A DNA stretch of 64,000 bases from Owenia fusiformis (taxonomy: Eukaryota), in NCBI GenBank assembly GCA_903813345.2, contig CAIIXF020000001.1, positions 1,612,001 through 1,676,000 on the forward strand, written 5' to 3'. The translations under genes and the position numbers were made by a program. The notes below the pieces were generated by a model. That model worked only from the letters and a program-made list of their open reading frames with translations, made no database searches and was not told where the DNA came from. Shown piece by piece: positions 24,201-35,169 of this stretch; position 1 is the first letter of the stretch, and every line of letters begins with the position of its first letter.

Positions 24201-24895
24201 GAGAAGCTGCAGAGAGGGAAGATCAGCGCCTCCTTGATAATCTTGTAAGCAACACATATGACACATATGAAATATATTCACAAGTCTCTGGTTTTCTGTT
24301 AGATTGAAATTAGTAGAGGATGTGAATCTGTAAGGGGGAGACACCGAGGAGTATTTCAAAACAAGAAACGATTAGTCATAAAAAAGCGAACCTCTATTAT
24401 CCAAACTATGATCTTATGTAAAAAGAAACAATGTTAACCACAAAACCACCCCCCCCCCCGCCCCTTTCCACCATACATCATTCATAAATTAATTTCATAA
24501 TGAAGGTGGTACTCCTATATATCAATAATAACAATGCAGAAGCTTTTCTCGTCAGACCAAATACACAGCAACATGAGTTTGCTTGAATAAATTATTGACA
24601 ATGATACATCATCCATATACCAAACTTACCCTACTCCTACAGAACTACTGTAGTGTTTTCAAAATTACTCTGAACTTTTATTTTCTGTTTCCAGCAACGT
24701 AAGCATGATCGAACGCAGGAGTTGATTGAACAGCAGGAGAGAGAGAAACGCCTTAAACAACAACAAGCGCTGAATGCTGTGAATGCAGTCTTTGAAACTC
24801 AGATTGAGCCAGTCGTCGCTCAGAATCAGGAATACGAGGCAATGATCGCAGCCTTGGAGAACAAGCAGAGAAAGAATGCCCGAAAGAAAAAATAA
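271..24895 (+). CDS. XPF/MUS81-family structure-specific endonuclease-like protein (winged-helix end, active ERCC4, EME1-like inactive ERCC4, UIM/MIU/SIM tail, CCHC knuckle, coiled coil); 5' end lies outside the window
   Basis: Exons with AG/GT ends and consistent phases: 271-384, 817-1009, 2284-2376, 2699-2791, 8054-8174, 9032-9170, 13537-13654, 17862-18011, 18527-18608, 18803-20646, 21416-21680, 22572-23009, 23270-23403, 24173-24244, 24695-24895 (TAA). The spliced translation contains YALTVSGRHLAEK (MUS81 winged-helix-like), LVIDSQE...LPAGDYVW...IVERKSWDDL...RFDKQIVKMQRCGLKNIFYLLEG (ERCC4 GD/ERKxxxD signature) and CGNCGRLGHTRTSSRCPHY. Confidence 0.85.
1028..1887. mobile_element. Foldback MITE, CAC termini with 5-bp TSD (Transib-like signature)
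   Basis: Runs CACCCTTGGTATACG...CGTATACCAAGGGTG, with near-perfect arms 1028-1432 and 1511-1887. TGTAT flanks both sides. A central 37-bp unit is duplicated (1433-1469, 1470-1506). Confidence 0.85.
2816..3417. mobile_element. Kolobok-like palindromic MITE (TTAA TSD)
   Basis: TTAA|AGGAATATTCCTTG ... CAAGGAATATTCCT|TTAA with long diverged inverted arms. Confidence 0.8.
3688..4920. mobile_element. Fragments of Helentron-associated (HINE/DINE-like) repeats
   Basis: TTATACC start, (gtcc)-type microsatellite at about 3728-3755 and repeated CAAAATGGC units. From about 4286, acaaggcattaacatg..atgtcaccac and satellite units shared with the element at 54580-56197. Confidence 0.55.
5255..6695 (-). pseudogene. 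Tandem C2H2 zinc-finger array (13 fingers plus a degenerate one), nested antisense in an intron; interrupted by two in-frame TGA
   Basis: One frame from 6695 gives repeated FKCDVCSKTFxxKSxLxxHYRIHTGEKN units (84-bp period). The linker GGA is TGA at 6015-6017 and 5343-5345. There is an in-frame stop 7 codons upstream of the ATG and a frameshifted final finger. Confidence 0.8.
7323..7950 (+). mobile_element. HINE/Helitron-like non-autonomous repeat
   Basis: Starts TTTATTATCCCAT and ends TTATCTAGT. Alignable by eye to 47657-48480. Confidence 0.55.
8594..8985. mobile_element. Degenerate Kolobok-like MITE with internal ~185-bp duplication
   Basis: AGGACAAGTCTCAGTTCGGAGAAC is inverted to GTTCTCCAAACCGAGAATAGTCCT|TTAA; the left flank is TCAA. 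Confidence 0.55.
11104..11252. mobile_element. Short palindromic MITE (possibly Crypton-type)
   Basis: ATCCTATGATTTA..GTGATATGATTTT..ATCCAC arms are inverted around a central CTCGCTACGCTC. Confidence 0.55.
11362..12188. mobile_element. Non-autonomous element with internal inverted repeats and A-rich core
   Basis: ATTCCATACCTGATGAGGTTT (about 11478) is inverted at about 12014. Terminal hairpin at about 12058-12152 and poly-A-rich 11600-11950. Its right end recurs inverted at about 15343. Confidence 0.5.
12998..13133. repeat. 47-bp tandem repeat, ~3 copies
   Basis: AACATTATTGCCACAATTCAGTATATT(T/A/G)GCATTCAGTCA... starting at 12998, 13045 and 13092. Confidence 0.85.
14396..14725 (-). mobile_element. 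tRNA-derived SINE
   Basis: Minus-strand head with A box TAGCTCAGCGG and B box GATTCGATCCC. The body GGCTGTGGTGTGTAC..TAAGTGCACATAAAAGAAC resembles conserved SINE central domains. (ACAAT)n-like tail. Confidence 0.8.
15853..17160. mobile_element. Tc1/mariner non-autonomous element nested in the CACTA element
   Basis: TA|CGAGGGGTGATCCAAAAGTCTTGGACGCCC...GGGCGTCCAAGACTTTTGGATCACCCCTCG|TA, a 30-bp perfect TIR. Confidence 0.9.
16762..16967. mobile_element. hAT-like MITE nested in the mariner element
   Basis: CAGTGATCTCCCCAG...CTGGGGAGATCACTG with flanking direct repeat AATAC. Confidence 0.8.
17391..17453. repeat. (TACAAT)n microsatellite
   Basis: tttacaattacaattaacaattacaattac... Confidence 0.85.
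23703..24107. mobile_element. Palindromic MITE, CAC termini with 5-bp TSD (Transib-like signature)
   Basis: ATCCT|CACGCGGT...ACCGCGTG|ATCCT with long diverged inverted arms. Confidence 0.8.
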
Positions 24896-26253
24896 ATAGT
24901 ACTTACTTGTGTTACTTTTAGGGTCCCTGTATATCATGCATTACCATGGTCAAGATGAATGTCAGTATTCAGTAGTCATATTGTTGTTGTGTATTAGTTA
25001 GTTTATAGAAATGTGTTTCTATAGTGACAGTACAGTATACACAGTACACAGAGTACGGGACTATTTAGAAGGCAATATTAGCAATATACGGACTGGTGCT
25101 ATTACATATATTTACAAATATGTATTACTCTAAGACTTTACTGTTGAGAGACAAGAATCTAATCAAAAGTTTGTGCAACTTTTTTAAGTCATTGTTCAAA
25201 GAGTATTAGGGGAACGTTTATGATAGTTGATCTGATCTTTAATCATTTTCTGTTATTATTCATTGAATAATTGAATTTAAAATTAAAACTTATTTTAGAA
25301 GAATGAAACTGTCTAATGGCCATGTCCCTGTGCATTTCTGGATGCTTCATAAAGTAGAACAACTACCAAGAATAAAGAAGAGTGCAACTAATACTACTAC
25401 CAGGGACTTGGACTTAGCAGTACTGCATGTTTTGATTAACCCATCGGCGTAGCCAGGCATGACGCAGGGGAGGAAACTGCCTCATCAAAAGTATATTAAA
25501 AACATTTTTGAAGATCATATCGAACATGTGGTTACGTTTTGCCTCGTCTATTTTTGGATCTTGCCTACACTCATGCTAATCAATTCATGTTGTTTCTGTA
25601 TATCTAAGACTTAAGAGTTAGTTTGGTTTGTAAAATTGTTCTTAAAATACAAGAGATATGAAACAAATCATTTTGTTTTCTCAGTTTTATTTTACGTTTA
25701 TTTTGTCTTGAAATCTTAATGACAAGAATGTACATTGTCGTTTAGACAGTTTTGCAAATGCATTCAGGAATATTTCATTATGAGACCACACAAGCAGATA
25801 TTTTACAGCCGTAAACACTGTAAAGTCCTGATTCAAAAACTCCTTGGCAAGGCCCATAAAATCAGATTAAAAGCCTAGATCTTTACAGACTCATGCTGCT
25901 GGACAACTCCAGTCTATAACCCATGATTTATAAGGTGATCTTGATCTGTTGATACCTGTATGTTGTCGATTGGAGGGGAATGTTTGAACACGAAATACTG
26001 ATAAGTCGGGAATAAGGCATCGAGTAAGACGACGTCCTTAAATTATTTTTATCGTCCATGTAAAACTGCAGCACAAACATGATTAATACACAATGTATGG
26101 ACGTAAGTATTCAATGCATTGGAATGGTAAGGTTATATCACAAACTTGTAGACTCATCCAGCATATTGCTCCATAATATTGCTTTGATGCTCCTACAACA
26201 GTAGCTACTTTCCATGAGGTCAACACTTTGTCATTTATTAATATATGTACACC

Positions 26254-29200
26254 TTACAATGCTGTAAAATTGAAAGCTTTGTTCACGTGGCCATTTTCAT
26301 TTGTACCATTTTGTTTTAGAGAATCTTCAATCGAAAATAACCCATTGTCTTTAGTTTTCTTCAACTCATTTGCTTCATCAATGTTTGCATAGTTGTTATT
26401 GTCATTTTCTGCCTCTTTGATCTCTTTAACCTCGGCGAGGTCCTTGACATCATCTGGAGGTTTATAAAATCTCCAAGCGAGGAATGTAAAGAAAGATGAC
26501 CCAAATTTAAAGCAGACACCAATGACAGACATGTAAACCGCCATGTTGAAATTGTCATATGTACTGCACGAACCACGCCCCGAGCACGTAGTTGACCAAA
26601 GAACACAGGCGCGATCCAGAGCAGCTCCAAATAAGATATTCCCGGGTACCGTTCCTGGAAAATAAATTGCTTATTACAACGGAGAGTAAATGAGAGAATA
26701 TTTCTTGGTGTCCATGGAACAACTCGATCCAGTTAGAGATTAAAACCACAATGTTCTTATCTGGTCCCATTTTCCCGGGCCCATTTTATTATGTCATCAT
26801 CAGAAATGTTGGGCGTTTTGTGTCTTTAACAAATGGCAGGTTGTGACATTTTGGCATGTTAATGCTATAATGCCTTGTTTTTAAATGAAACCTATCGTTA
26901 CAGAGGTATTTAAGGGACTAAAACAATTGTATTTGAATCTAATAAAGGCACTATCAGGGTGACTATGATGATACTATCAAGTACGTACCTAACAAACGCA
27001 ACACTGTTGATTGTATCCCCACTGCCGTAGTTCGCTCGTCAGATGGCACCACCCTACAACATTCAACAACTGCGTTAAGACATGTATACAAAAGTTCAAT
27101 CCAATTATTTCTTCACGAAGTCGTTTTTTTCAAGTCAAAATATGCCAGTTTCATTGTTACAGATTCTGGAGGAACTGGTTTTGCATAAAATCTTGAGAAC
27201 CTTATTTAATCATACACATAGGAGGTCCGTCTGACACAACAGCATGGTAAAACGTATTTACAAGACTTAGTATGCGGTTCCTATTCTTAATAGTATTATA
27301 ATGAAGACCAAGGCACTGATTGAGATGTAAGACCTAACATACCTGAGGATGAAGTTGACGTTAAGCACATTGCCGGTAAACGTAAAGAACATGACGATGA
27401 ACCAAAGGATAATGAACAGAGGGAGAAGAGTGCAGTTGGAAGCGCAGACACTTTGCTCAGCGCCATGTGTAGTAAAATCTGGACTAGGGATACAGCTGCA
27501 GTTGAAGAATCGCTGGAAAGGATCGTGGAAACGTTTCATATAAGAAGAAATAAACGTGCCAAGAAACAATTTCAATAAAACAAGCATGCTGCACATGTTA
27601 AATTATTCCTCTCCGGTGCATTATTTGAACATTGGGGTAATACATTGTATCGCAACATATCGCTGGGATTTGTTACAGGAGGTTGGTCTACTATGCTGCT
27701 CTTTGTGCTTTTCTGTTCGCCATGTAAATACTAGACCTGACTGGGCCAAATGGTTCCTTTACCTTGGGGTTACTATTGTCCATATCTAAGCAACCAGCAT
27801 AGCAAGGAGAAAAGTACATGTTGCCATCTCGACCACAGATCGGCTCCTGGCGCATGTTGGAACACTCGCAGCCAGTATTGCAAACTTCGGTGAAGTTTTC
27901 CTTACGTAGAACGCTGTATGTAGGAAAGCAGATAATAACTTTGTTATCAGGTTATTAATTTGAAATCATAACTTACCCTTGGGATCTACCTTGCGTCTTG
28001 GAACTATCAAGTTATAGATACGGTTTATATTGGTCTTTGTCTAAAGTATTAGACCGGAAGTATTAGATCTACAGTACATACCTGTTATTGTATGGCCTGT
28101 TGACTCCAACAAATGGCAATTCGTCACACTTCGCAAAGAACAAAGGTGCCATACACATTGATAACACGGCCAAGAGGAATTGCAGTTTAACCATTTGTGT
28201 ACATGTCATGTTGAACCTCTTAATGATGTAGCCTCCAAATATTGTCCCCCCTGCTCCACCAGGTACGGCAATTATTCCTGTCAGAATACGGTTTCGATTA
28301 TTTGAAACACCTGTTTCATTTGTGGGAATAAACCATCAAAAAAATATAGCAGAATGATAAAACAATGGGTATTTTGAAGAGGAATTACCAACGATTTCGT
28401 TGTACAACATGTTTCTGTCAGAACCACTGCACAATATGCGACCCCTCTACCTTTTAGCATATTCCCGGCCCACTTACCAAACAGCATTCCTGCAAATCCT
28501 CCATTTAGATGAAACTGATTTTCTAGATACTTTGGACCAAATGCACTAAATCCACTAATGAGCACAGCTTCTGTGAGAGAGTACCCAGTTGAAAAGAGGT
28601 ATGCAGGATTCTTGATGAGCATCCAGACACTTCGTGGTAAGTCTCGGATATGTCTTGAAGTCTCCAACAAAGGTGCGTCTGTATTGTCTGCCTTATGGGT
28701 CTCAGACTTCTTGTTTTCTCGTATTTCTTTTGCACCTATAACGTATCAACATTCAAACATCGTGTTTTGTGATTGTCAACGCATTGATTTCATAAGAAAA
28801 ACCACGCCGCTATGGTCATTTTAACAATTGCTTTGTTTATGTGACGAAATATAGATTGGATTTTTACCTGGTATGTCTCTCGCAAATCCCGCAAAAGGGA
28901 TCACAAGACAAAGTGTGATAGATCCAAATATAGCAAAGCCCAGCCACCATGCGCCGATCCATCGTGGATCACTTGATGTTATCCCGACCCTGTGTATAAA
29001 AGTAATAATATAACGTTTTAGAGTATGTCTTACTAAAGTATGGATTCGTTCCAACAGGGACATGGAATTTTGCTATCTATTCTTTTTCTGCTCTTCTAAG
29101 TTTAAATAAGTAGCCTGTGTTAAATAATTTGATGAACTTCAGTACTCACTTGCTCATATCGACTTTTCCCGTGTCTACGAAGATCTGCAACAGCGCACCT

Positions 29201-32200
29201 CCCAAAGCGTATCCCACCGCAGGGCCAATCACTCCCATGCCATAGAATATTCCTGTTTGTATACAAATTGTACAATCGTTGATGACCAAAATGACATAGT
29301 GGGGGGGGTGTATAGAGATATTGTATATCGTATAAGAGGCTGAAAATTTATTGTATATTGTATAAGAGGGGGCAAAATTTATCGTATATGGTATAAGAGG
29401 TGTAAAAAATATGGTATATGGTATAATAGAAAATATATGGTATATGGCATCTAGAATTAAAGAAGGCTAATTATGAAGAAATTGTACCCTAAAGTTCCCC
29501 ATTGTGCCAACTCTCTTACTGTAACCGTGTTGGAAAAACATGGAAAAGTAGTCTCTCTAATTGGTTCCACCAGGTCAATCAATACTGTAAGTTTAGAGAA
29601 AATCCCTCTCAAACTAAGAGTTTTGTGCCCTTTTCATTCAAATTTTCACAGGAGGTGTTAAATATAGTCTCAAATAAGAATCACGGCCGGTGATCAGAAG
29701 AAATGAATGGAGGGGGAGTAGATCTAGCTGATTTTCGGTAGAAAATTCAACAAATCTTGAAGATTTATTTTTTCAAGAGAAAGTTTACAATTGAATGGCT
29801 AAATGAATAGACGCAGTGTACGGGGGAATATGTTAGGTCTTCTTGGATTTTCTTTGAACTGTGGAGTTCTAAAATAAAAGATCTATTAAAAAAGTGCAGC
29901 ATCGCCAACGTGCAAATGCCAATGTTTTTGCTATAAATCAACCAACAGGGGTCTACACGACCTGTAATAAATACTTGTAAGTGAAGTAATTATCACAAAA
30001 CTATTGTCATCATTGGTTTTGTAAAACACGTTACCATACGTGTTATGTAAAAAGTGAGTAATGTGTCTATAAGACATATGAAAACTTCCAATAACTCCAT
30101 ATGTCCCCATTTTTCACTTTTCAGAGTTGTAACATCAAGTTACTGAGTAAGTGAGGTCATTTTTCAAGTACACGAATTTGTCGGTGGAAATTTCTTCCAC
30201 CTTAAAGACATATTACTCCCCCCCCCCTCCGTTTTTTAGCCATTCAATTGTTAACTTTTTCTTGAAAAAATAAATCTTCAACATTTGTTGAATTTACCGA
30301 AAATCAGCTACTCCCCCTCCGTTCATTTCATCAGATCACCAGGCGTGAGACTGCCAAATGTCATTGACTCATCTTAACTTTGATGAAAAATATGGTCACT
30401 ATGGCTACTCGTGTTACGGGGTATGTGGGATAAATCATTAAAATATTTGAGTGTTCAAAAAGTTGTAAAGTGTTCATACAGCGCATGTTTTAATGCAAGC
30501 ATCACAATGCTAATATAGCATAATATAGCAAAAGGTGTTTATTTGGTCTTCAAACTGTCATATGTTGGATTTCGGCTATTTATTGGGGATTTGAACAGGT
30601 GCATATGTTAGGCCAATGCATTAACTCCAGCACTCATAGAGGTAATAAAATAATTTGGACTTTGGAAGGTTTTTCTGAAATGATGTCCTGATTTCCAGCC
30701 CTTTCCACATATGTTTTTTCAATGTTTAATGCACCAACATGTTGCACTTTGAGACACAGTTAACCTCTAAAATATGATTTATTTGGGATAAAGTGGCAAA
30801 CAGTACATGTATTTCCCATGTTATTTTCCCATAGGGAAAACTCATGTGATCCATTGTTTTCAGCTTAATTTTGGTCATCCAAAATTGATATCTTTAACCC
30901 CTGCATGAATCATATTTTCATTTAAAGATGTTAACCATGTCTCAAAACGCAACAGAGTGATCACTGCAACAAACAATGAAAGACAGGTGTGGAAAGGGCT
31001 GGAAATCAGGACAGCATTACAGAAAAAACATGTTGATGGGGTGTTTGCACCTTCCCTGTCTTAAAGTCCAAATTATTTTATAATCTCTATGACTGCTTGT
31101 CCTGGAGTTAATGCATCGGCCTAACATATGCACCTGTTCAAATCCTCAGAAAATAGCCAAAATCCAATATATGACTGAAATCTGTTGCGATAACGTCCGT
31201 GGTCTTTTAAAAGAAAGTCATTTCTAATTACATAGAGTAGTTTTCATTCTCATCAATACATCTTTGCCTTGAAATCATTCGTGAAACATGGGGTTTGACC
31301 TTTATGGAAATTTGCTTAATTTTGACACACCTTTGTTTAACTTATACTGTCTTTGAGGCTGCCTTATCTGAAACCCCGAAGTGTCTCTTGTTTCAAATGT
31401 TTAAACAATCAAGTCTCATCTTGCCTTTATTTCAAACTCTAGTTTCCAGACTCGAGTCCAATCAAAAAAAAATTATCTACATGGAAGTTTGTGAAGTCCT
31501 TTATTTCTGAAACTGTTTCAATACTTAATATTTTCCAGGTAACTGCTTTACAAAATTATTGTGCATTGTGAATCTTCATTATCTATCTGATACATATTTT
31601 CCTCAGCAAACTTTATTTTCATAGAACACATGATGAATCTTTTATTCCACATTCTCAATTTTGCATCAATTATGTTTCAAGGATTTTTTTCCCTGGCTCA
31701 CTTTGAAGGATTCCATTGACATTAAAATAAGTCATGGGAAAGTACGTAGGTCATAACAAAGAGGAATACTGAGTTCCACCCATTCCAATGATGCAGGTTT
31801 TGTGCTAATTTTGAATATCTTTATGGTACTTTTACAGGTAATGGGCTAGTGGCTGTAGCAAATTGCAGAAATGTTAAAGTTAGTTTTTTTGTCAAAGTAG
31901 GTTGTGAAATCACTAAAGAGAAGTCATGAATCTTACATCATAGATGTGTTTTAAATCAACTTGTTTACCTGAAAATAAAATGTGGTCACAGCTTTTCTGA
32001 ACATGCGGATTTACCCGAATGGTGTCTTATTCATAATGTAATAAATGAAATCATTGTGGTATGTATGTGGAGTCTATTTGCCTTATAATATTACATTTAC
32101 TTTAGTACATGGATTCTCTCCTAATATAATATTATTTCCTTATATATATCCAAACTTAAATCAAAAGCAGTTTCAAAAAAATTATTGTATATTGTATTTC

Positions 32201-33121
32201 ACCTAAAATATTGTATATGGTATAAGAGCTGTGAAAAATATTGTATATGGTATAAAAATATTGTATATGGTATAAGAGAGCTAAAAAATATTGTATATGC
32301 ATTTCCAAGACCCTCTATACACCCCCCCCCCCCCATAGTGAAGATCAAAACGAAAACACAAATCATTGAAAACAAATACTGCACACAAACTGAGCTTCTC
32401 ACTTTTTGAGAACATGATAATTTGACATAAAAAAGTTATTACTCGATGTGATAGTGGAGCAAAATATACTGTATGACACCTTACCTATAAATAATGCTGC
32501 CATGTCCCTTGTGGTGGTTTCGTCGAGGAAAGCAACCCCAACAGTGTACATGAAGATCGATCCTGTGCCATGGAGGAAATTTCCAATGAAAAAAACATAT
32601 CCCCAGTTAGAGAGAGAACCCTGACTCTCGTCCCCACACATATCATAACTGTCGTTTCGTCCGGGGATACAGAGATTCTCTGACTGACCACTAGCCGCAT
32701 ACTGGTATGGTCCTGTTGCTATATGTGGGAGGATAAATACGAGAGATCCTAGCCCTGTTCCAAATACGCCAACTGCGCACCATTTTGGCTTGTGGGCAGT
32801 TGCCCCGAAGTATCCCACGAAAAGGACAAGCACGGCGCAGCAAATGTCATAAGCACTGACGATAAGTCCAGAGACTGTGCTATTCAGGTCATATCTCCTC
32901 TCTATTGAGGACAGATTTGTCCCAATCAGTCCATTTACACTGCCGGACATACAAAAGTTCATGAGACATAAACATATAAGAAAACACCAAGATTTGTTGA
33001 TCTTCTGCAGCCATTTCGGTGTGAATCCTCCCCATCCATACAGCAAAGGCTGCACCTCATCCGGCTCTATAGTCTTTACAGTTGGCATGTGGCCATTCTG
33101 GGGTTTTTCAGTTTCATCCAT
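26254..33121 (-). CDS. SLCO4-like: Organic anion transporting polypeptide (SLCO/OATP, SLCO4-like), copy A, ~700 aa
   Basis: Exons 33121-32485, 29252-29150, 28989-28868, 28735-28478, 28277-28082, (optional 28003-27977), 27913-27763, 27512-27343, 27053-26989, 26654-26254. Contains the OATP signature DPRWIGAWWLGF, the Kazal-like loop PICGRDGNMYFSPCYAGC and the C-terminal FGAALDRACVLW..C..RGSC..YD. Confidence 0.92.
29682..30347. mobile_element. Nested MITE with CAC termini, probable 5-bp TSD
   Basis: CACGGCCGGTGATC...GATCACCAGGCGTG with inverted arms of about 120 bp. Flanks AGAAT/AGACT. Confidence 0.65.
30555..31177. mobile_element. Nested palindromic MITE
   Basis: GTCATAT..TTGAACAGGTGCATATGTTAGGCC..ATGCATTAACTCCAG is inverted at about 31102-31177. 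Confidence 0.7.
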
Positions 33122-35169
33122 AACGGTTAATAGTTAATGTGAATCAAAATTTAAATTCTATACTTAATCTAAATGTCCAGCTAGTTAGTCCATTATCACA
33201 GTACAGTGAATCATGCAATCTGAAACAGTGATAACAATTTGCATTATCATATACGTTTGTAAATTATTGATGGTTTAAATTGTAGCTTTGCAGATCCATG
33301 GGTCTACTGGGCAAGGGGTTCAAGCCAGTATTTCTATTCATGCTCCCATAAAGTCTACGGGTATTTCCACTTCTGTACACAGCAACAAAATCTGATAGAT
33401 GCTCAGTAAAAAACCAAAATATATCACCGAAATGATTTTCGGTTGTTTTAAATGTATTGTCATGGGTTTTCAATTTGGAATTATCAGATGTATTTTGGTT
33501 TTGAAATGTTTGAATGTTGCTAATGCCGTCTGCTTATGTCGTCTGCTAATGTCGTCTCAAAGGTTTAATTTGCGTATTAAAGCAATATGGGGAATCAGTT
33601 ATATCGGGTCATGTTGTATACTTTGCTGTTTAGTCTAACATGTTCTTCGTCTTTCTATATTACATTAGGGCAGCCTTAAGTACGGAGGTGAGACTTTAAT
33701 CGTAATAGACATTCAATAATTACAAATTCCAAACTAGGCACAAAATAAATTACTATACGTCGAACTCTGATCTCAAACATGTCAAGTGATTTCATTATGT
33801 GACATTTATCTTAGAGTAGCTTATGATTTATTATTATGAAGTATCTTTAAATCATTGTTCATCCTTCCTATAGAGCAAATAAAATGTATTTCGAATCGCA
33901 TTTAAACGCCCATCCATTCATATTACGAGAAACATTGATATAAAGAAATCAAAAAGTCATGTTGACTTTGAATAAAAGAATTTGATCGCAAGAAACTCAC
34001 CTTTAATTGAATAGATCCAACCTTAATCTAAAAATTTATTGTTTCAGATGCATCGAGCACTTGCTCATCTACAGTTTGTGTTTTGTCTTTTTTAATGTTG
34101 TCACTTGTTATTTCTTATTAATTAGGCATCGATCAGTTTACTCTCCAGTGCATTCCAAATTAATCTTCGTATAAACAAAAGTACGTTCGCTCTCCTTCAA
34201 ATATGCTCTCATCGTATGTTCCTAAAACTTTAAACTTTGAAGATAGAACTAAAGTTCAAAGGGTCATTAATAAGTTTATATTCAACTGTATGAAAACATA
34301 CCGAATTTGAGTTGAACAATGGTGACATCTTTATCAGTGAACTCCAAATATCACTCGTATCACTGTTTTACAGTCTGGTATTCATTCCTTTCTTCATTCT
34401 TCTTCATTCTCCTTTCTTAATATGGACAAAATCTGAATGACTGAAATTGCAGTGGTATGCCATGTTGTCTAAAATTGGTAAATCATAAATCAAATGTCAT
34501 ATTTATTTCATCTCTTTGCCACCACAAAGTTAGTGTTCAGACATGGACACGGAACTGATTTGGAGAAACACACACAAATTCACTTCCCTTTCTCTCGAAT
34601 TTTCTTTGTCTAATAATAGATGTCACTCCATGTCTATCCTTGTCAGACTCGTAATTGTGATACGATATATAATTTACAGAATAATACAATAAAGTTGAAA
34701 ATTGTATGCTGGATGTACGTTTGGACCTAAATGACATCAGTACAAATAAAATCCTAAATTATATATTAACCGTCATCGTGGTAAGCCACGCCCTCTCCAT
34801 CTCTATCCTTCTGCAATGCAACAGGGAGAGATGTTATTAGTATCAGAATGATTAACCGTCCAGACTCCATTCTAGTCAACATGGCATTATATGTACCCAG
34901 TACCATTAAGAATGGCTTGTTGTGACATTATCTAAGTTAGTGTTTTAAATGAATATGATATCTCACCTAGATGAGTATGAAAAATAAATTAAGCATTTAA
35001 TTTTTAAAAAAATTATTGATTTTCCTAATATATGTAATATTAAAAATAAATAAAACATTTTGACTAAAATATTGTTTAGCTTGTGGTATTTTTTATTGTA
35101 TATTGTGATATTTCTGGATGATATGGAAGATAACAATTGCCACTTTAACAAAATACAATGGTATGTGTA

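Larger units (their letters stand above)
29301..32333. mobile_element. ~3-kb element with poly-G/poly-C TIRs and subterminal repeats in intron 1 of SLCO copy A
   Basis: CATAGT|GGGGGGGGTGTATAGAG ... CTCTATACACCCCCCCC|CATAGT. ATTGTATATGGTATAAGAG units near both ends. Confidence 0.7.
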
